64,000 nt of DNA from the human T2T-CHM13v2.0 reference genome, Homo sapiens: assembly GCF_009914755.1 (NCBI RefSeq), contig NC_060940.1; one strand, given 5' to 3'. The notes beneath the pieces are model-generated. The model was not told where the DNA came from. It searched no databases and saw only the letters and a program-made list of their open reading frames with translations. Numbering within the stretch: position 1 is the stretch's first letter; each line of letters opens with the position of its first letter. The translations under genes were made by a program, and so were the position numbers. Shown piece after piece: positions 14,670-32,603 of the stretch.

Positions 14670-15123
14670 AAGGCTTAACAGGTCCTGGATTCCTTTTAGA
14701 AGTAAATTCCAACAGAATAGTTCCATTTTCTCTTTCCTCCTCTTCATAGATGACAATGCTTCTTTGCTTGTATAAAAATGAAGTTGGTTTTAGCTTAGGC
14801 ATCATGGAAAATTGACAGTTTCTGTAATAAAATTTCACACATGGAAACCATGGTGAGAATCTTAGCAGGTGTAAAAATCTGACGAAGTTATTTCTTTAAC
14901 TGCAATTTAATGGAAACTGCAGCAGCTGTTCCATTTGCGTATTCTCCAAATCTCAGTGCCAAAAAGAATTGTTGGCAGCCACTGGAGAAGTTTCAACTTA
15001 CCTCTTCATTTGGGAAATGAAATCAAAACCTCAGCTTGTTTCTAAAAGTTGCGGATTTGGCGAAAGTTAGCAGGGCAAACACATAAGCCGCTATTAAAAT
15101 ATTGATGGCTTTGGTTTTCTCAG

Positions 15124-15235
15124 GTGCTGCTGCTAACATCTGCAGAAGATTTGGACTGCACTCCTGGATTTCAGCAGAAAGTGTTCCATATCAATCAGCC
15201 AGCTGAATTCATTGAGGACCAGTCAATTCTAAACT
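15124..15235 (+). CDS. CDH13: CDH13 (cadherin-13/T-cadherin) coding exon 2: end of signal peptide and start of prodomain
   Basis: Acceptor ttttctcag|GTG and donor AACT|gtaagc; 112 nt, phase 0 in and phase 1 out. Translates to [37 protein letters not shown], matching my recalled CDH13 residues 16-52. Not in the ORF track. Confidence 0.98.
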
Positions 15236-16037
15236 GTAAGCAATGTCACTCAAAGATGCTTTTAGACTCTTCTCATATTTGAATTTACTAATGTTTATGA
15301 CTGTGTCTCAGGATGTGGTATTTCCTAAACTAAGTGTTTTCTGATTATTTTTCTTATGTCACTGCTTGACCCAAAGTGGAAATTCTTGAATGAGGGCCTG
15401 GCCAACTTAGAGGTTAATAGAGTGATATGCATCTCTTTTTAGTATTTTATCATCAGTGGGTATCTCCATACTGCTGTCAGAAAAGGGGGCTGTCAGCCTC
15501 CAATGAGAGTTGTACACTGTGCAAAGGAAATGAAATTCATTTCCCCTGGGCAGATCCCCAAAATCAAAATCATTGCCTTCTCGCAGATTGCTGTTCTACC
15601 TGTAGTTTCTCATACATAGCATTAGATCAAAATAATGGTGAGAGTATGACATTGGCTTCTGGGAATTTTTAGACACAGACATCAAAAACTCTTATTCTTA
15701 AGGCTAATAAGATGGGTTTTAGAAAGATTCAAAACCTCTACTGATTATTCTATGGATTAAGCTCAACTCATCCTGAATTCCAATTGATTTATTTAAAATA
15801 TGCATCTTTCATATCTGTGGTGATGATCTCTTTTTGTTTTTAATGTCAATATTATATTGCTTTATCTTTAAGAAGTGTTAGGGTACATTGCTAAATGCAT
15901 AACAAGTACAGTTTTAGTGCAATAGAATTTAAAATTGGTGGTAGACAAATAGCTATTTCATTGTAGGCTCTTGAGTACCTTGCTTAACAACTGGAAATGA
16001 AGAATATGGAAACAACTGATCTAAACTGATCAGATGC

Positions 16038-16352
<315 letters not shown>

Positions 16353-17136
16353 TTAAAATAAGCTGATCATACGCTCCAAGGTCTTTTCAAGGAAGGTGAT
16401 TCCACATTGGCTCTTATGGTCTCAGGTTTACGTTCCACGCTAGCTAAGTTCCTTTAGTCCTATGCTATGTGGCTGACAAGTTTAAAGGAAAGACAAGAAA
16501 AAAAAAAAAAAGCACACTTGACTGGATTATTCTGTGAGGCTGGGACACACTCTAAGAGTCGAAAGGAACACAATAATGAAGATGCACTGTTGAGCATCAA
16601 GGGAGCTGTCCAAGGTGAAGCCCGTGCACCTCCCGATGAAATGACGCCAATGAAATCATTTCAATAATTAGTCTGTAATGACAAGGTGCAGGGCTGGCAC
16701 AATAAGTGAATTCCAATATGTGATTTCCTGCTCATTTGATCTCTGAGTGTGACTCCTGGGTCAGGCCATTAGGAACCCTCCTTTGTCTTTTCATTTTTGT
16801 ATTTATCAGAATCAATATATTTCAAACAGAACTTGATTTGTGAGAACCATTTTTCTGGCTCTCCTCTCCTCTCTTCCTCTGTCTTCCTTTTATTTTTTTT
16901 CCAAGTGATTATCCCAAATGGCATCTATGTTAACATGCTTGGAAATGCGAAGCGACCCTGAGTATGGAAATTAATAGAGTTGGTATGCAAAGTAGACCTA
17001 TAAATGTGATTGCTTCTGTAATCTTCACGATAGCAAACAGTTTTTAATTCGCTGCTGAGAAGCTGGAAACAATCATACTTTGGGGGGATCTTTTTAATTT
17101 AAAGTAAGCCATACTGTACATTGCAGTATCACAGTT

Positions 17137-17180
17137 GTGTGTGTGTGTGTGGGGGGGGGGGGCGGCGGTGTGCGTGTGTG
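17137..17180. repeat. (TG)n plus G12 compound simple repeat
   Basis: gtgtgtgtgtgtgt followed by a 12-G run, then cggcggtgtgcgtgtgtg. Confidence 0.9.
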
Positions 17181-19469
17181 CTTTAATCCCCTAAGTAATT
17201 AAGTGGGTTATGGTTGTTGCTTCTGGGTAAGCTAGTAAATGCTAAATGGGACTAGGTTCATTATCAATGATAACACATTCAGAAAAAGTCAGTGATATGA
17301 GAATTGAGGACACTTAAATTTTTATGCTTGTATATGAGTTGTTGGGTCAGCAAAATTTGATTAGCCCCTCTTGGTGAAACCGTATGTCCATGTATATTAC
17401 TAAGGTAAAAAAAAAAAATCCAAAGCAGATCTGGTTAGGTACTTTCAAGTTCATCTCAAAGCAATGAACATATTATGAGTATAGAGCCTGCAGATAAGGT
17501 TAATGGTGCCTAAATGAGGAAGAAAATTGTCATAGACTTGAGAATGCCTATTGAAAATAGTTTAGGAAACTCTGGATTTCTAGAAGTAGTAGCAGTGCTT
17601 TGCTTTATTCCACTTGCAAGTAGCGGTTCAATTGAATAAACTTTTATACCTAACCAACCAATATTTTAAGCCAGTTTCACTCTCCCCTCTCTCTCATTCT
17701 CAGTTTATTTTGCGTATTTCTTATAATGCAAAACAAAAACCTTCTGTCTCTGAAAAACGTGATTAATCAAGAAACCAATGAGTGAAGTGTGCTATCAAAT
17801 TGAAGACTCTACTGGCACAAGGCTAAATCTGAATGAAAAACGAAAAGAACCAAACAGAACCAGAAAATGTTAAATGCATAGATTCCATTTCCTGAATCAT
17901 TGTATACCAAAGATCCAGGAAATGGTTAGGGATGTTTTAGTCTCATATAAATATAGGTCAGTGTTGTACACAGTGAGAAAACTAGATTAGTAGCATCATC
18001 TTGTGCCCTACTCATGACATTTGCACTTCATATTTTTCCTTTATCTTTGCAATATTTAAGAGCTTTGGTTACCAATCATTGTGAACTTTTGTGTTGCAGG
18101 GGGTGTAAACACAGCATAATCAATCAATTGATGTCTACACTCTTCACTTTTCTTTAAAGTTGTCTGAAAGTGCTGTCTCTTTGCCTGACAGACATAGTAT
18201 ATCTACCCCTACCCTAGACTTGTGTTCATCCAATTGTGTGTTCAGCTTTTAGCAGGTTATGGGGAATGTTTATTCTGTGGATGGCTTCCTGCTATCTTTG
18301 TTCAGACAGTAATATTTCCTTTTATCCTTTTTCATCTTCCTCCTCAATTTTCAATGACTTATCTTTTTCTACTTTAACTGTTACTAATGGTCACCTCCAC
18401 TCCTTTTATTTCCCTAATATTTTATTCACTGTTATCTCTGATACATCTTTCTCTCAGTTGTTCTGAAGCCTTTTATTTGCTTCACATCTGAATCACTCTT
18501 TATTCTACTCTCCTTTCCACTAACTGGACTTGCTTTTGTCTTAAAAACGCCATTTTTCAACAATATGCTGGGACCAAAACATAGCATTCAGCTATTTCTT
18601 CTAACGTAACCAGTGGGCTCTTCACTGCATCTTTCAGAGAGTGATGCAAAGCTCCCAACTCAGGGAAACTTGGGTAAAACTTCCTTGGCTTCATCTCAGT
18701 CTTGAAAGTTTATCTGGGAAAATGTGATTCTTCCCATTTGTCAATGAAAAATACAAGAAGAAAGGAGAAGTCAGCTTAGAAGGCAACCACTCAGAAAGGA
18801 GGCATCCATTTAAGGTCTTTGAATTCTGAAAGGAATCTGTGAAAAGTTTGTGGGAGGTGTTTTCTGGAGGCCTGGCACCCATATCTCCCTCAAATTGCCC
18901 AGCATGGTAGATCTTGCTTTTCCCCAAACACGACAATTGTGTGATCTGGGAGCTGACATCTTAGTACCACCAGAATTGGACAGCAACCCTGGTTACATCA
19001 TGACACCCAGAACAGAAGATCCCCAGTCTTAGAAGAATAGCTGTCTTGGGCAACTGACCAGCCACCCAGCTGGGATGGGAAGATCCCAAGTGATAAAATC
19101 TGACTATCCTATGTTCTGCAAAATTATAAAACAGGATAGTCTGCTTTGATACCATCAGCTCAGACAGATTTTTTCCAGCAAATGGAAAAATGTGTGGTCA
19201 TTGAGCTCATTAGGAGAAACCATACCCTTGACCTCCAGCCTCTGTTAGCAGGGGATGAGTGCAGTCTTTGGTGTCCAGAAAGAAGATCCTCATTGGCCAC
19301 ATAGCCACCATTAGAACTGTACTTTTTTTTCTTACCCTTGTTCATTCTTTATGGGTCATTCCTCTTAGGCCACCCACATGCAAACATAGACACATAGGTA
19401 GAGACAGAAATCACAGCATCTGAATTTACCTACAATACAACTTGCATCACATGTTTAGGAAAGAACCTG

Positions 19470-19860
19470 CATTAACAAGAGCAGGCTAGGCTAGGCCATG
19501 GTGTCAAACAACTCTAGTGACTTAACACAGTGAAAGTTTATTTCTCACTCAGATCATGCAGATGCAGTCGGGCTGCTCTCCTGGGTAACTCTCCTCCCAG
19601 TGGTTGCCCTCCATGCAAGAACCTGATGGCCGAGGCTACTTCCAACTTGGTCCTACCATCTTGTAGCTTCCAGCTTTTATCACTGAGCTGGCAGACAGGG
19701 GAATAAGAAAGACTATGAGGAGGTCACTGCAGGTGCTTAAATACCTCAGCCCCAAAGTGGCATGTATCATTTCTGCTCATATTCTAAGATCTAATCATGT
19801 CGCCAACCTAACTGCAAAGGAGTCTGGCAAACGTAGAAGAACACATGGGTATCGATGCAG
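19470..19860 (-). mobile_element. Old MLT1 (L/K-like) LTR remnant
   Basis: ctctagtgacttaacacagtgaaagtttatttctcactc ... caacctaactgcaaaggagtctgg. Confidence 0.55.
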
Positions 19861-20184
19861 GATCACAGTCTCTACAAAGATCCTAACAAAATGATGTCGC
19901 CTATATCAGAAAGAGACATAAATAGAGACAGAAATGGACCACAAAGGAGCCAGCTGTCTTGGAGTAACCAAGGCCTACATAGGATGAAGTTAGTCAGTTT
20001 AAGCAGGAGAGCAAGGTCGTGCACCTGCGACTATGTCCTGCTTTCCTTAGTAGAGAAATATTCCCACTGAACAGAATTAGCTTCTTAGAAACACTATAAG
20101 CTCCTCTCCCTGTGCCATCTTAGAAACACTAGGGGAGGGACAGCACCTACTCATGGACTCCAGTTGCTTCCTCCAATTGGTTAC

Positions 20185-20420
20185 AATACTGTGGTTAAGA
20201 TCACACAGTTTTAAACTCATATCGACTAGAATTCAAATGTGCACACAGTCATCTATTAGCTCTGTGGCCATGAGTGAGTTATTCACATCCTCCAAGTTTG
20301 AATTATCTCATCTCCAAAAGAAGATTAATGGTAGTCCCTGCTTCTAGAGCTAATGCCTCAACTGATGGGAAACATGCTTAGAACATAGTCACAAATAAAT
20401 GGAAGCTGCTATTATTATTA
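20185..20420 (+). mobile_element. MIR
   Basis: gtggttaagatcacac...tattagctctgtggccatgagtgagttatt...aataaatggaagctgctattatt. Confidence 0.7.
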
Positions 20421-21087
20421 TTATTGTCCTTATAATTTCTGCTGTTACTATTATTATCATTACTTTCATTCATAGACCTCAGCTAGATCCACTTTTCTTA
20501 TAATGGCCATCTGAAATTGGCTTTAAGAAGAAAAATCATGTTGGCCATTAAAAATACAAACAGGTGAAGAAGCGACTAAAGCAGTGATTGTAGGGCATTT
20601 GAACTTCATGGACCAGTAATTTTTTTAAATCCTAGATTGATGAGAGTGTATTTTAAAAAATTGGTAAGACTTGGTATGAATTTTTTAAAAGTAAGTAAAT
20701 GAAGGGAGGGGAAAACACTACCGCCATTTACTTTTGCCAGGCTTTCCTTTTAAAAGGTCACTTGGCATCAAAAATAAACATAAAAGAAGTAAAGACTAGT
20801 TACAGAAGAAAAGTCAGTTCTTTGAGTAAATTTTGCTTTGTGAAAAATGCACCAAATATTCTTATTTACTTCGCTTTTGTGGAAACCATTGATCTAAGGG
20901 ATTAGGTTGATGTCACCCTTTTTGCTCTTCACTTTTCTGATACTTTTCTGAAGTTTTAATATGTCGTTGTTTCTGAAGAGGCAGGGGTATTTCTTAGGAG
21001 ACATTTTCATGAAGGGACTCCTGTCCATGTTGACAAAAGAGAGTGAGTGTTTCTAGATAATGTGACAATCATATGCATGTTAGGAGG

Positions 21088-23748
<2,661 letters not shown>

Positions 23749-23849
23749 GGAACATATGTTGGCATGCAAGCTTCTGTGAGTGTGGACAAGTATGGCCTCC
23801 CTGGCCTTGATAACTGACAGTTACTGTGTGCTCCCTAGTGTGTTGAGGG

Positions 23850-24000
23850 CCACCTCGAACCTCACAACAGCTCTTAGGGGAAAGGTACTCTCATCTGCCC
23901 ATTTTACAGGTGAGGACATTTAAGGCTGAGCTAGGTGAAACAATGAACCTGAGATCATACTGCTTATAATTGGTGGTGTCAAAATTTGAACCCAGGATTT
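23850..24000 (-). mobile_element. MIR
   Basis: cccattttacaggtgaggacatttaaggct...aatttgaacccagg. Confidence 0.7.
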
Positions 24001-25768
24001 TAGGGCCCTGGTTTTCATCCATAGTTCTGTGGCCTAGTGTCTCTTAGTTTTTTTGATGTTGGTGGTGATACATCAAGGAAATTTGCCGGTGTGTTTTCCC
24101 ATCACTTTTATCAACCAGGGTGAGATAGAGAGAACTGCTGCTGCTGCGTATTTGTTGCTTTTCATAGCCAAGCTCATCCTGTCTCTGTATTATAGAAGAA
24201 TTAGCTTTTTCTATTCTGGATGGACCCAGGGCCAGATTGTCCATGACCCTTAACTCTCAGCTTTCCACCCTCTCTGTTAGTTTCTTTCACCAAGACGTTA
24301 CTTGGTCATGCCACCATGACACTGACCTTGGTTAGCAGCCAGGTCCTCCATGGAGTGTGTGGAATCACATTAATCATATTTGTACTTAACATACATGAGT
24401 CATGGCTTTTGAGGGTGCTTTTAATTGACTATAAATCAAGCAAGGAACTTGAAAAATGAAGGCAATTAATGAAAAAGCATGTGAGAGGTGTTTTGCATCC
24501 TAAGGGAGGAAATACACTGTCAGTGAATTTAATGTCACAACAAAGGCTCTTTTGACCCTGCTGAAAAGATTTCATGTGGATAGTAATAAATGGATGAACT
24601 TTGCAGCCTCACAGGTGGAGAATTGCCTGTTTCCTGAGTTCAAGCTGACTTAGGCTTTTATCTGTCTACATTCTCTATCTTGAGAACTTCCTAGATTCTT
24701 TTACTTTTGCTTTCATTTCTTGTGATTTTTAAAAATAACAATGATAATTCTTTTCCCATTTTCTGGTCATTCTTCACACATCCTTTACATATTTTATACA
24801 AGCTTGTATTTACTTTCAGGTTGGGAGACTGATTAATTGATTAGTGAGGTTATGTAACGTCCCCTGAACTGCAGTCTGGACAGAGCTGGACAAGGTTGGG
24901 GTTTCAAGTAGTATATTTGTTTTAATCTGTTGCGATGTGCCAAGGAAAATTATTCTGGTATTGCCTAATTCACTCTATCATTATGAAGTTGACGATACAT
25001 CGGGTCAGAATGTGGACTCCTATTTACATTAATAAGAGTTTTTCCTATATTTAAACAGAGCTCAGTAGAAATGTTATGCTTTCACAGGTTTTCCCTTCCC
25101 TCCTACCAATCCATTTGTAACAATCTAGTAGTAAGTCAATTAATAATGATTAGAAACCTCATAAATGCATTATCCTACCTAACAAATGTGAAATACTATA
25201 ATAAAATGACGTAAGATAAGAAATGAACATATGTACACATCAAAGACAGATGTAACAAAATGTTTAGAGATCCTTCCATTGGACTTGGGTCCTAACTTGT
25301 TCTTTAAAGAATGGGAAACACAAGAAGTAACAGAGTGAGAAGGACTTCTCAGACGAGGAACATGAACACAGGTGGAGTTCCCTTGGCCTAAGTTTTCTTA
25401 TCAGTAGAATGGAAGAGATAAATAGACCAGAGGTATCACACTGTCAGCCTTTGGGCTAAATTTGCCTCACAGATACGTCCTGTTTGGCTGCTTAGTGTGA
25501 GAATTTGAGGTGTTTGATAAAAGGAATTTGTCATTAACATTTAGAATTTCACCTTTAGAAATTCCCAATTTCTGGGTAGTGTTGCGTCTTCAGAGCAGAC
25601 AGAGATGCCACAGTTCAGCTGCCTGGGTTCAAATCTAAGGCCGATCCTTTACCAACTAAGTAACTTTGGCAAGTTGGGAAAAACAAAACAAAAAAACTCA
25701 CTGTGGTTTTATTTTCTCATCTGGAAAATTAATATTATAATGGCAGCAATCTCAACAGTCTGTTTTGA

Positions 25769-26198
<430 letters not shown>

Positions 26199-26199
26199 T

Positions 26200-27565
26200 T
26201 ATCCTTATTAAAATACCAATGAAATTATTTACAGAAAAAGAAAAAAAATTCTAAAATTTATACAGAACCCCAAAAGACCCAGAACAGCAGAAGCCATCTT
26301 GAGCAAAAAGAACAAAATTAGAGTTATCACGTTATCTGACTTACAGTTGTACTACAAAGCTATAGTAACTAAAACAGTGTGATACTGGCATAAAAACAGA
26401 TGCATAGACCAATGGGACAGAATAGCTAACCCAGAAATCTATGCATTTACAGTGAACTCATTTTTGACAAAGGTGCCAAGAACATACCTTGGGGAAAGGA
26501 CAGTCTTTTCAATAAATGCTGCTGGGAAAACTGGATATCCATATGCAGAAGAATGATAATAGAGCCCTATCTCTTGCCATATACAAAAAGCAAATCAAAA
26601 TGAATTAAAGACTTAAATCTAAGAACTGAAACTCTGAAACGACTACATGAAAACATTGGGGGAAATACTCCAGGACATTGGTCTTGGCAAAGATTTCTTA
26701 AGACCTGAGAAGCATGGGAAACTGAAACAAAAATGGACAAATGGGATCGTACCAAGTTAAAAACTTCCTGCATAGCAAAGGAAACAATCAAAATCAAGAG
26801 ACAACCCACAGAATGGGAGAAAATATTTGAGAACCACCCGTTTAATGAGGGATTAATAGCCAGAATATATAAGGAAGTCAAACAACTCAATAGAAAAAAA
26901 AATCTCATTAAAAATGGGCGAAAGATATGAATTGACGTTTCTCAAAGGAAGACAAATGGGTAACAGGTATATGAAAAAATGTCCAACCTCACTAATCATC
27001 AGAGAAATGCAAAAAAATGTATATATAAACATATTCTCTCCCTGCAGTTAAAATGGCTTTTATCCAAAAGACGGGCAATCATGAGTGCTGGTGAGGGGGT
27101 GGAGAAAAGGAAACCCTCATACACTGTTGGTGGGAATGTAAATTATTACAGCCACTATGCAGAACACTATGGATGGTCCCCAAAAAACTAAAAATAGAAC
27201 TACTATATGGCCCAACAGTCCCACTGCTGGATATATATCTAAAAGAAAGGGCTGGAAGGGTCCTGGGGAGGGAGAATAAAGTGGGGTTGGTTAATGGGTA
27301 CACAAATACAGCTAGAATGAATAAAATCTAGTATTTTGTAGCGTAATAGGGTAACAAAAATTAATAATTTATTATATATTTTACATACCCAATAAGATGA
27401 AATTGGAATGTCCCTAACACAAAGAAATGATAAAGGTCTGAAGTGATGAATACTCAATTACTCTGATTTGATTATTACACATAGTATATCTGTATCAAAA
27501 CATCATAGGTCCCCTCTAAAAATATACAACTATTATGTACCCATAAAAATTTAAATTACTTTTTA
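26200..27565 (+). mobile_element. L1 (L1MA-type) 5'-truncated: ORF2 C-terminus plus 3' UTR with an internal deletion
   Basis: ORF2-like sequence (tactggcataaaaacaga, aagagacaacccacagaatgggagaaaatattt) and an L1MA-type 3' end tattatgtacccataaaaat. Confidence 0.92.
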
Positions 27566-28384
27566 AAATATTAATCTATGTAAAGGGTTTTGAATAGTAG
27601 CTGACCTATAATGGTCCCTGAAATATTAGCTGTCAGAAACAGCATAGGGATGATTGTAGCTGAAAGCTTGCTATGGCCCTCCAATATTTATCTTTCTGAT
27701 ATCCAGTAGGCTTCCTAGTTAACTCTGCCTGTCCCACATGGGCATCTAAATTCACCTTCAGGAAGTCACTATTACTCCTAAGACTGTTCATGGAGTCAAA
27801 TGATGTTCCATAGAAGACAAAACCATCTTGAAGTTTTTGATGCTGTCTTGTTTCTGTCATATCAGTAACACTATTGACAATACCTGCTATTCACTATCAA
27901 GGAAGCAGAATACAGTGCTAAGGGGTGAGAGGACATGGGCTGGCTGGTGTTGATCAAAGACTTTGAAATCTGTTTTCAGTGTTTTGAATTGTTGATACAG
28001 GTAATGTATGAAAAGGGAACCATGTGGTCAGACAGGGTGGCTGGCTTTCTGGAAGTTCAGAATAGGAGGAAGGTGAAAAGGATGAGTGGGCATGGCTCAG
28101 GCTGCCATGGAGCCATTTCAGAAGTCCTGAGATGGGGACAGTTTGTATGTATATCAGAGGAGAGATCAACAAGGGAGATAGGAGTGTTATTGGGGAGCAC
28201 TTGAACATGAAATAAGTGAAAGGAGAGCCCCAGGGAGATCCAAGGGTTGACACTAACAGGCATCTAAAAGAGGTTTTCCGAAAGAGAAGCAGAATCACTG
28301 GAGTCTAATCCCAGCTCTAACTTTGACTTGCATGACAGTTTTCCTCCCTGGACCTTTGTTTTTCTCATTTGTATAATGAGAGCT

Positions 28385-28850
28385 TGTGAGTTGGGCTGTT
28401 TTGACTGTAATCAACAGTAACACAACTCCAACTAGCCTCAGCAAAAACATATAAAATTATCAGCTCACATGATTGAAAATTTCACAGTGTGAGTTGGCTT
28501 TGGAAACACTTGGATCTAGATGCATTAATGATATCCTCAATATCACCCTTCATCCCCCAGCTTTGCTTTCTATAATATTGATCTCAATCTTCACTCTCAG
28601 AGGGTTTCCCTCCAAGATGGCCACCAGCAATTCCAGTCTTTTATTCTTCTAGCTAAAAGAGCCAGAGCATCTGTTTTCCCAGTGTTCCAGCAAATATCTC
28701 AAGGCTGACCGTCCTTGGACCAACTTGGTTTACGTGCTTATCCCTAAGCCAGTTATTATATCCAAGAAAATTCTGTACTTCTCTTAGCCAGGCCTGGGGA
28801 AATGGAGATGAAATTCCCTCAAGGAAGGAAATGATGCTGGGCTGGCAAAA
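28385..28850 (-). mobile_element. Old MLT1 (J/K-like) LTR
   Basis: caactccaactagcctcagcaaaaac ... caagatggccaccagcaattccag ... aaattccctcaaggaa. Confidence 0.55.
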
Positions 28851-29579
28851 GTCAGACAGTCCGTTCTAAGGGTATTGTGCTCTGTTGCTAAGGTCCCATT
28901 AAGTACTAACGTCTTATGACCGCAGACTGTGCCCCAAGCCTGAGAATTTTTAGAACCCAGCATACACACAAATGGAAATGTTTTTTAGGTGGCAGGGGAT
29001 AAGGACAGCCATCACACCAGGTTTCTTGCTGGTGATGCTGGTGAGCAGATTGCTTAATTAAGACTATCAAATTCTAAGTGCTGCCATATGGCCTCACTCT
29101 TCAACCTGTTGAGTGTCTTCACTCACTTGGTTCTGGAGCTGGTATAAATCTGTTTCATTTCTGTTTTTCTTTAAGGAATTAAGAATACAGGAACATACGG
29201 ATGTTACAGGAGCATCTCCTAATTTAAGGTATTAGAACTACATAAACTGGGCTGCTTTAATAAGTAAGGCATCAAAATATAAATTGGGAAAGATTAAGCA
29301 TAGCTTTAAATAGGCTGAGAAAGCAGAAGTTCTTATTATTCTGTTACAGATCAAATCTACACACATTCTAGTAATAGAGGTGCCCTCTATTTGTTCTTTT
29401 CACCTTAATGTTGATGGAAATTTTTTTGGCTTGAGAGCAAAAGGGCAAGAGGTACAAATGCTTGCCAGTCAAAATATCCCCAAGGACTTCTGCATTTGAC
29501 AAAATTCATTCTCCTTCTGGAGATAGAAATAGGGAATGGAAAAGGAAAAGATGTATATTGAGTCCCTACCACTCATTTA

Positions 29580-30000
29580 GCCAACTATAGAAGAAACACT
29601 GAATGATCACCTAGTTTTTGCCAGACCCTGTGCTAAGTATAAGGGATAAAGCTTTGAATCAGATAAAAAATGTGCCTCCTGCTGTGGAGCTTTGATGATA
29701 TCGGAGAGAGAAAAAGGCAAACATGATATAATAAACCCTTGAGAACACAGGAAAACGGCACATGACAAGACGATGGTTAAGTATCATGAAGGAAATAAGG
29801 CAAGGTCATATGATAGAGATTTCTGCATGGCTGCTGAAGAATGGGTGGTCAAAGAAGATTTTTCTAAGAAGCCAAGTCCTAAACTATGAGAAGAATCCAG
29901 TGAGGTAAAAATCAATGGTATAAACACTTAGGCTGAGGGAGTAACTCATGTCAAAGCCCTAAAATGAGAGTGGGTTCTTCAGTTTGAGATACTGTGATCC
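29580..30000 (-). mobile_element. L2 fragment
   Basis: tgccagaccctgtgctaagtataagggataaagc...gtggtcaaagaag...tcaaagccct. Confidence 0.65.
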
Positions 30001-30764
30001 AGGAGGAGGGCTGTCATTTGATACATTTAATCATCTCAAATGTCTTGCAAATAGGATTATAAACTCTATGTTATAGATAGGGGTATAAAGATTGACTAAA
30101 GAGCCCAAGATCTCACTAAAAAGTGTCAGTGGTGTTACAATCCTCTGACTCCAAACCCCATTATCTTTCCATATGGAATGCTGTAGCTGGTGTTGGAGTC
30201 TTCTTTCACAGTAAAGTGCTCCTGTCATTGCCTCTGAGAACAGACTGGGGTGTCCTTGATAGTTTCACAGGACAGTGGTGTGGGCTCCTAGGTTATATTG
30301 CCTGTCTCTGTCACTCACAATGGGTGGTGTTTTTAAGCTACCCAAACTTCCAGCTCCTAATTTTTCTCATCTGTGAAATGGAGATAGTATTTCAAGGATT
30401 AAACAAGATAGCACATACAAAGGAGTGACAGCAGTGCCTGCTACATGCAATATTTTTATTTTAAAAAGTTGGTTGGTTTTATCCTTTAAAAGAATAAGGC
30501 TGGGGTGGGAAATCTCTGTGGGATGATGCTGTTTGAATGGGTAGTGCTGGATGCCCACCAAAGATGACCCACGAAATTTTCAATATAGCTTGGCTCCTCT
30601 GAAAGAGAGCATATTTTCTTCCTACTTCTTCTGAGACTCTCTTTTAAGTATTTTCATGTTCTAGGGATACTTGTTCTCCCCCACCCCTGACCACTTCTCA
30701 CTCATGCTTGGTCTCTTTGAGCTAAATGTTAAAAACATACTCTATGAAAAATATTTGAGAAATT

Positions 30765-31050
30765 AGTACTCCCAATTTTAGGTCCAGATGTGTTCTGGAA
30801 TTTAGAAAGATAATAAGATGCACACATTGTATATTACACGATTCTACGAGCGGGGTCTCGGGCAGCTCCCTGTATTAAAACAGGTTGGCATTTCAATAGT
30901 AAAACATATGAATGTTTACCCTCAGTAGGATAAATAAGGACCACAAATAACATCATGTCAGTTCAGGTTGGGTTTTGCTGCCAAATGAGTTATAAAAACA
31001 TGTTTGGTATGCTGAGTCTCTTGAATTTCAGAATTGCAGATTGCAGTCCT
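30765..31050 (+). mobile_element. MER46C-like TcMar-Tigger element
   Basis: aaaacatatgaatgtttac...tcagttcaggttgggttttgctgccaaatgagttataaaaac. Confidence 0.65.
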
Positions 31051-32603
31051 TAGAACATTCCCGTGAAAAGTTGCAAACCTTAGTCGTGCTAAGATGTTGA
31101 GTTGGCCTCTTCACATCCCGGCCACTTCTGGGAGCAGCAGAGTGTGGTGGCTCAGCCCACCCCTCAACCCCTCTACTACTTGTGAACACCTTGGTAAATG
31201 ATGTCTTGGCAGGCCACCCCCGAGAAGTGGCCAAGTGCTGCACCAGCTTTTTTCTTTTCCATTTGAAGCCAAAACGATTGTCAGCGATCCAGGCTTCTCT
31301 TAACTGTGCCTGTCAGCTGATTCTGAAGACCTCCCAGAGGATCTATTTTTAGCTAAAACTGGTTTTAAATTTTCATATGTATACATTAAATTCCATAGAG
31401 GAAGGGGGGATTCCAAATGAGGAAACATTGATTCTGAATAACATAAAAGAAATAAGCAGTGCTTGAAAAACAGTTCAAAATATGAGTCAAAACCTCCCAG
31501 GAATATGGTTAGCACTGCATTTTTCCATGGAAGGAAGTCTGTTGAATTGAAAACAGAATGAGAGTAAGTGGGGATAAATTATACTAAGAAAGAGACTCAG
31601 CATGAAATTCTAGGTACTGAAGAGGGGAAGGAGAATAAGAATAGGGAGGACTGAACTTAGAGGGCAGTTGGGATTGCCAGATGGATACTCGTGGGGATGT
31701 GTGGCCAGGTAATCAAATCGCATTGTCCAAAAGGGACATGGAGGCCATGGGCTAGGACCAGGCTTTTGGCCATACTCAAGAGGGAGAGAGAAGATACACC
31801 TCCCAAATAAAGGCCTGGAGTCTGCACATGACAGCTTTGATTATGCTTCCAAGGTTTTGTTCATTTTTGGGGCATGACCAAGGTAGTTCTAGAATGAGTG
31901 AGGCCAAAGCTGAAAGTGTCACAAAGTTTTTGCGTATGACAAAAGTTGCCTGCTTTGCTTTTGGATGCTCAACTCAGACTTCTTGTTTTCATGATGTGCA
32001 GTTTTGATCAGGACATTTTAGTGATAGGTATAGCCTACTTCTGTACCAAAGGAGAGGTTGGATTATCTGTTGAAAAGCGTTTTGTTGGCTATAATTACAA
32101 TATGATGACTTAGTTAGGATTCTGATAAATCCTGACTAACTCAAGACTTTAAAGAAAGATACTTAATTAAAATAGAAGGAAGTTGCATAGTCACAGGTTC
32201 ATCCAAAGACCTGAATGACAAGGTCTCAGAAAGGACAGAAACTAGAGAAGTTCCATGGGCTTAAGCAATGGGAACTCATAGAATTAGGACAGTGCTTTTC
32301 AAACTTTTACAGTGAATGACGATATTTGTTTCATTTTGTTTTGTTTTAATGTGTCACAGTAACATACTTTTGTTAAAGAAAAATGTCAAATATAGTTTTC
32401 AAAAAGTTTAAAACATGACTCACATTCATATCTAAAGTGAACACATCAAAGATTTTATCTATCTCAACAATGCAAAAGGGGACCAATAAAATGATAAGTA
32501 TGATTCAAAGAGCATTCGAGAAACTAGCTATTTGCATGCAATTTAATAGTAAAGGAGTGTTAGAATAAGTTTGCTAGGTTACATACGAAGCTGGTTAATG
32601 TCC

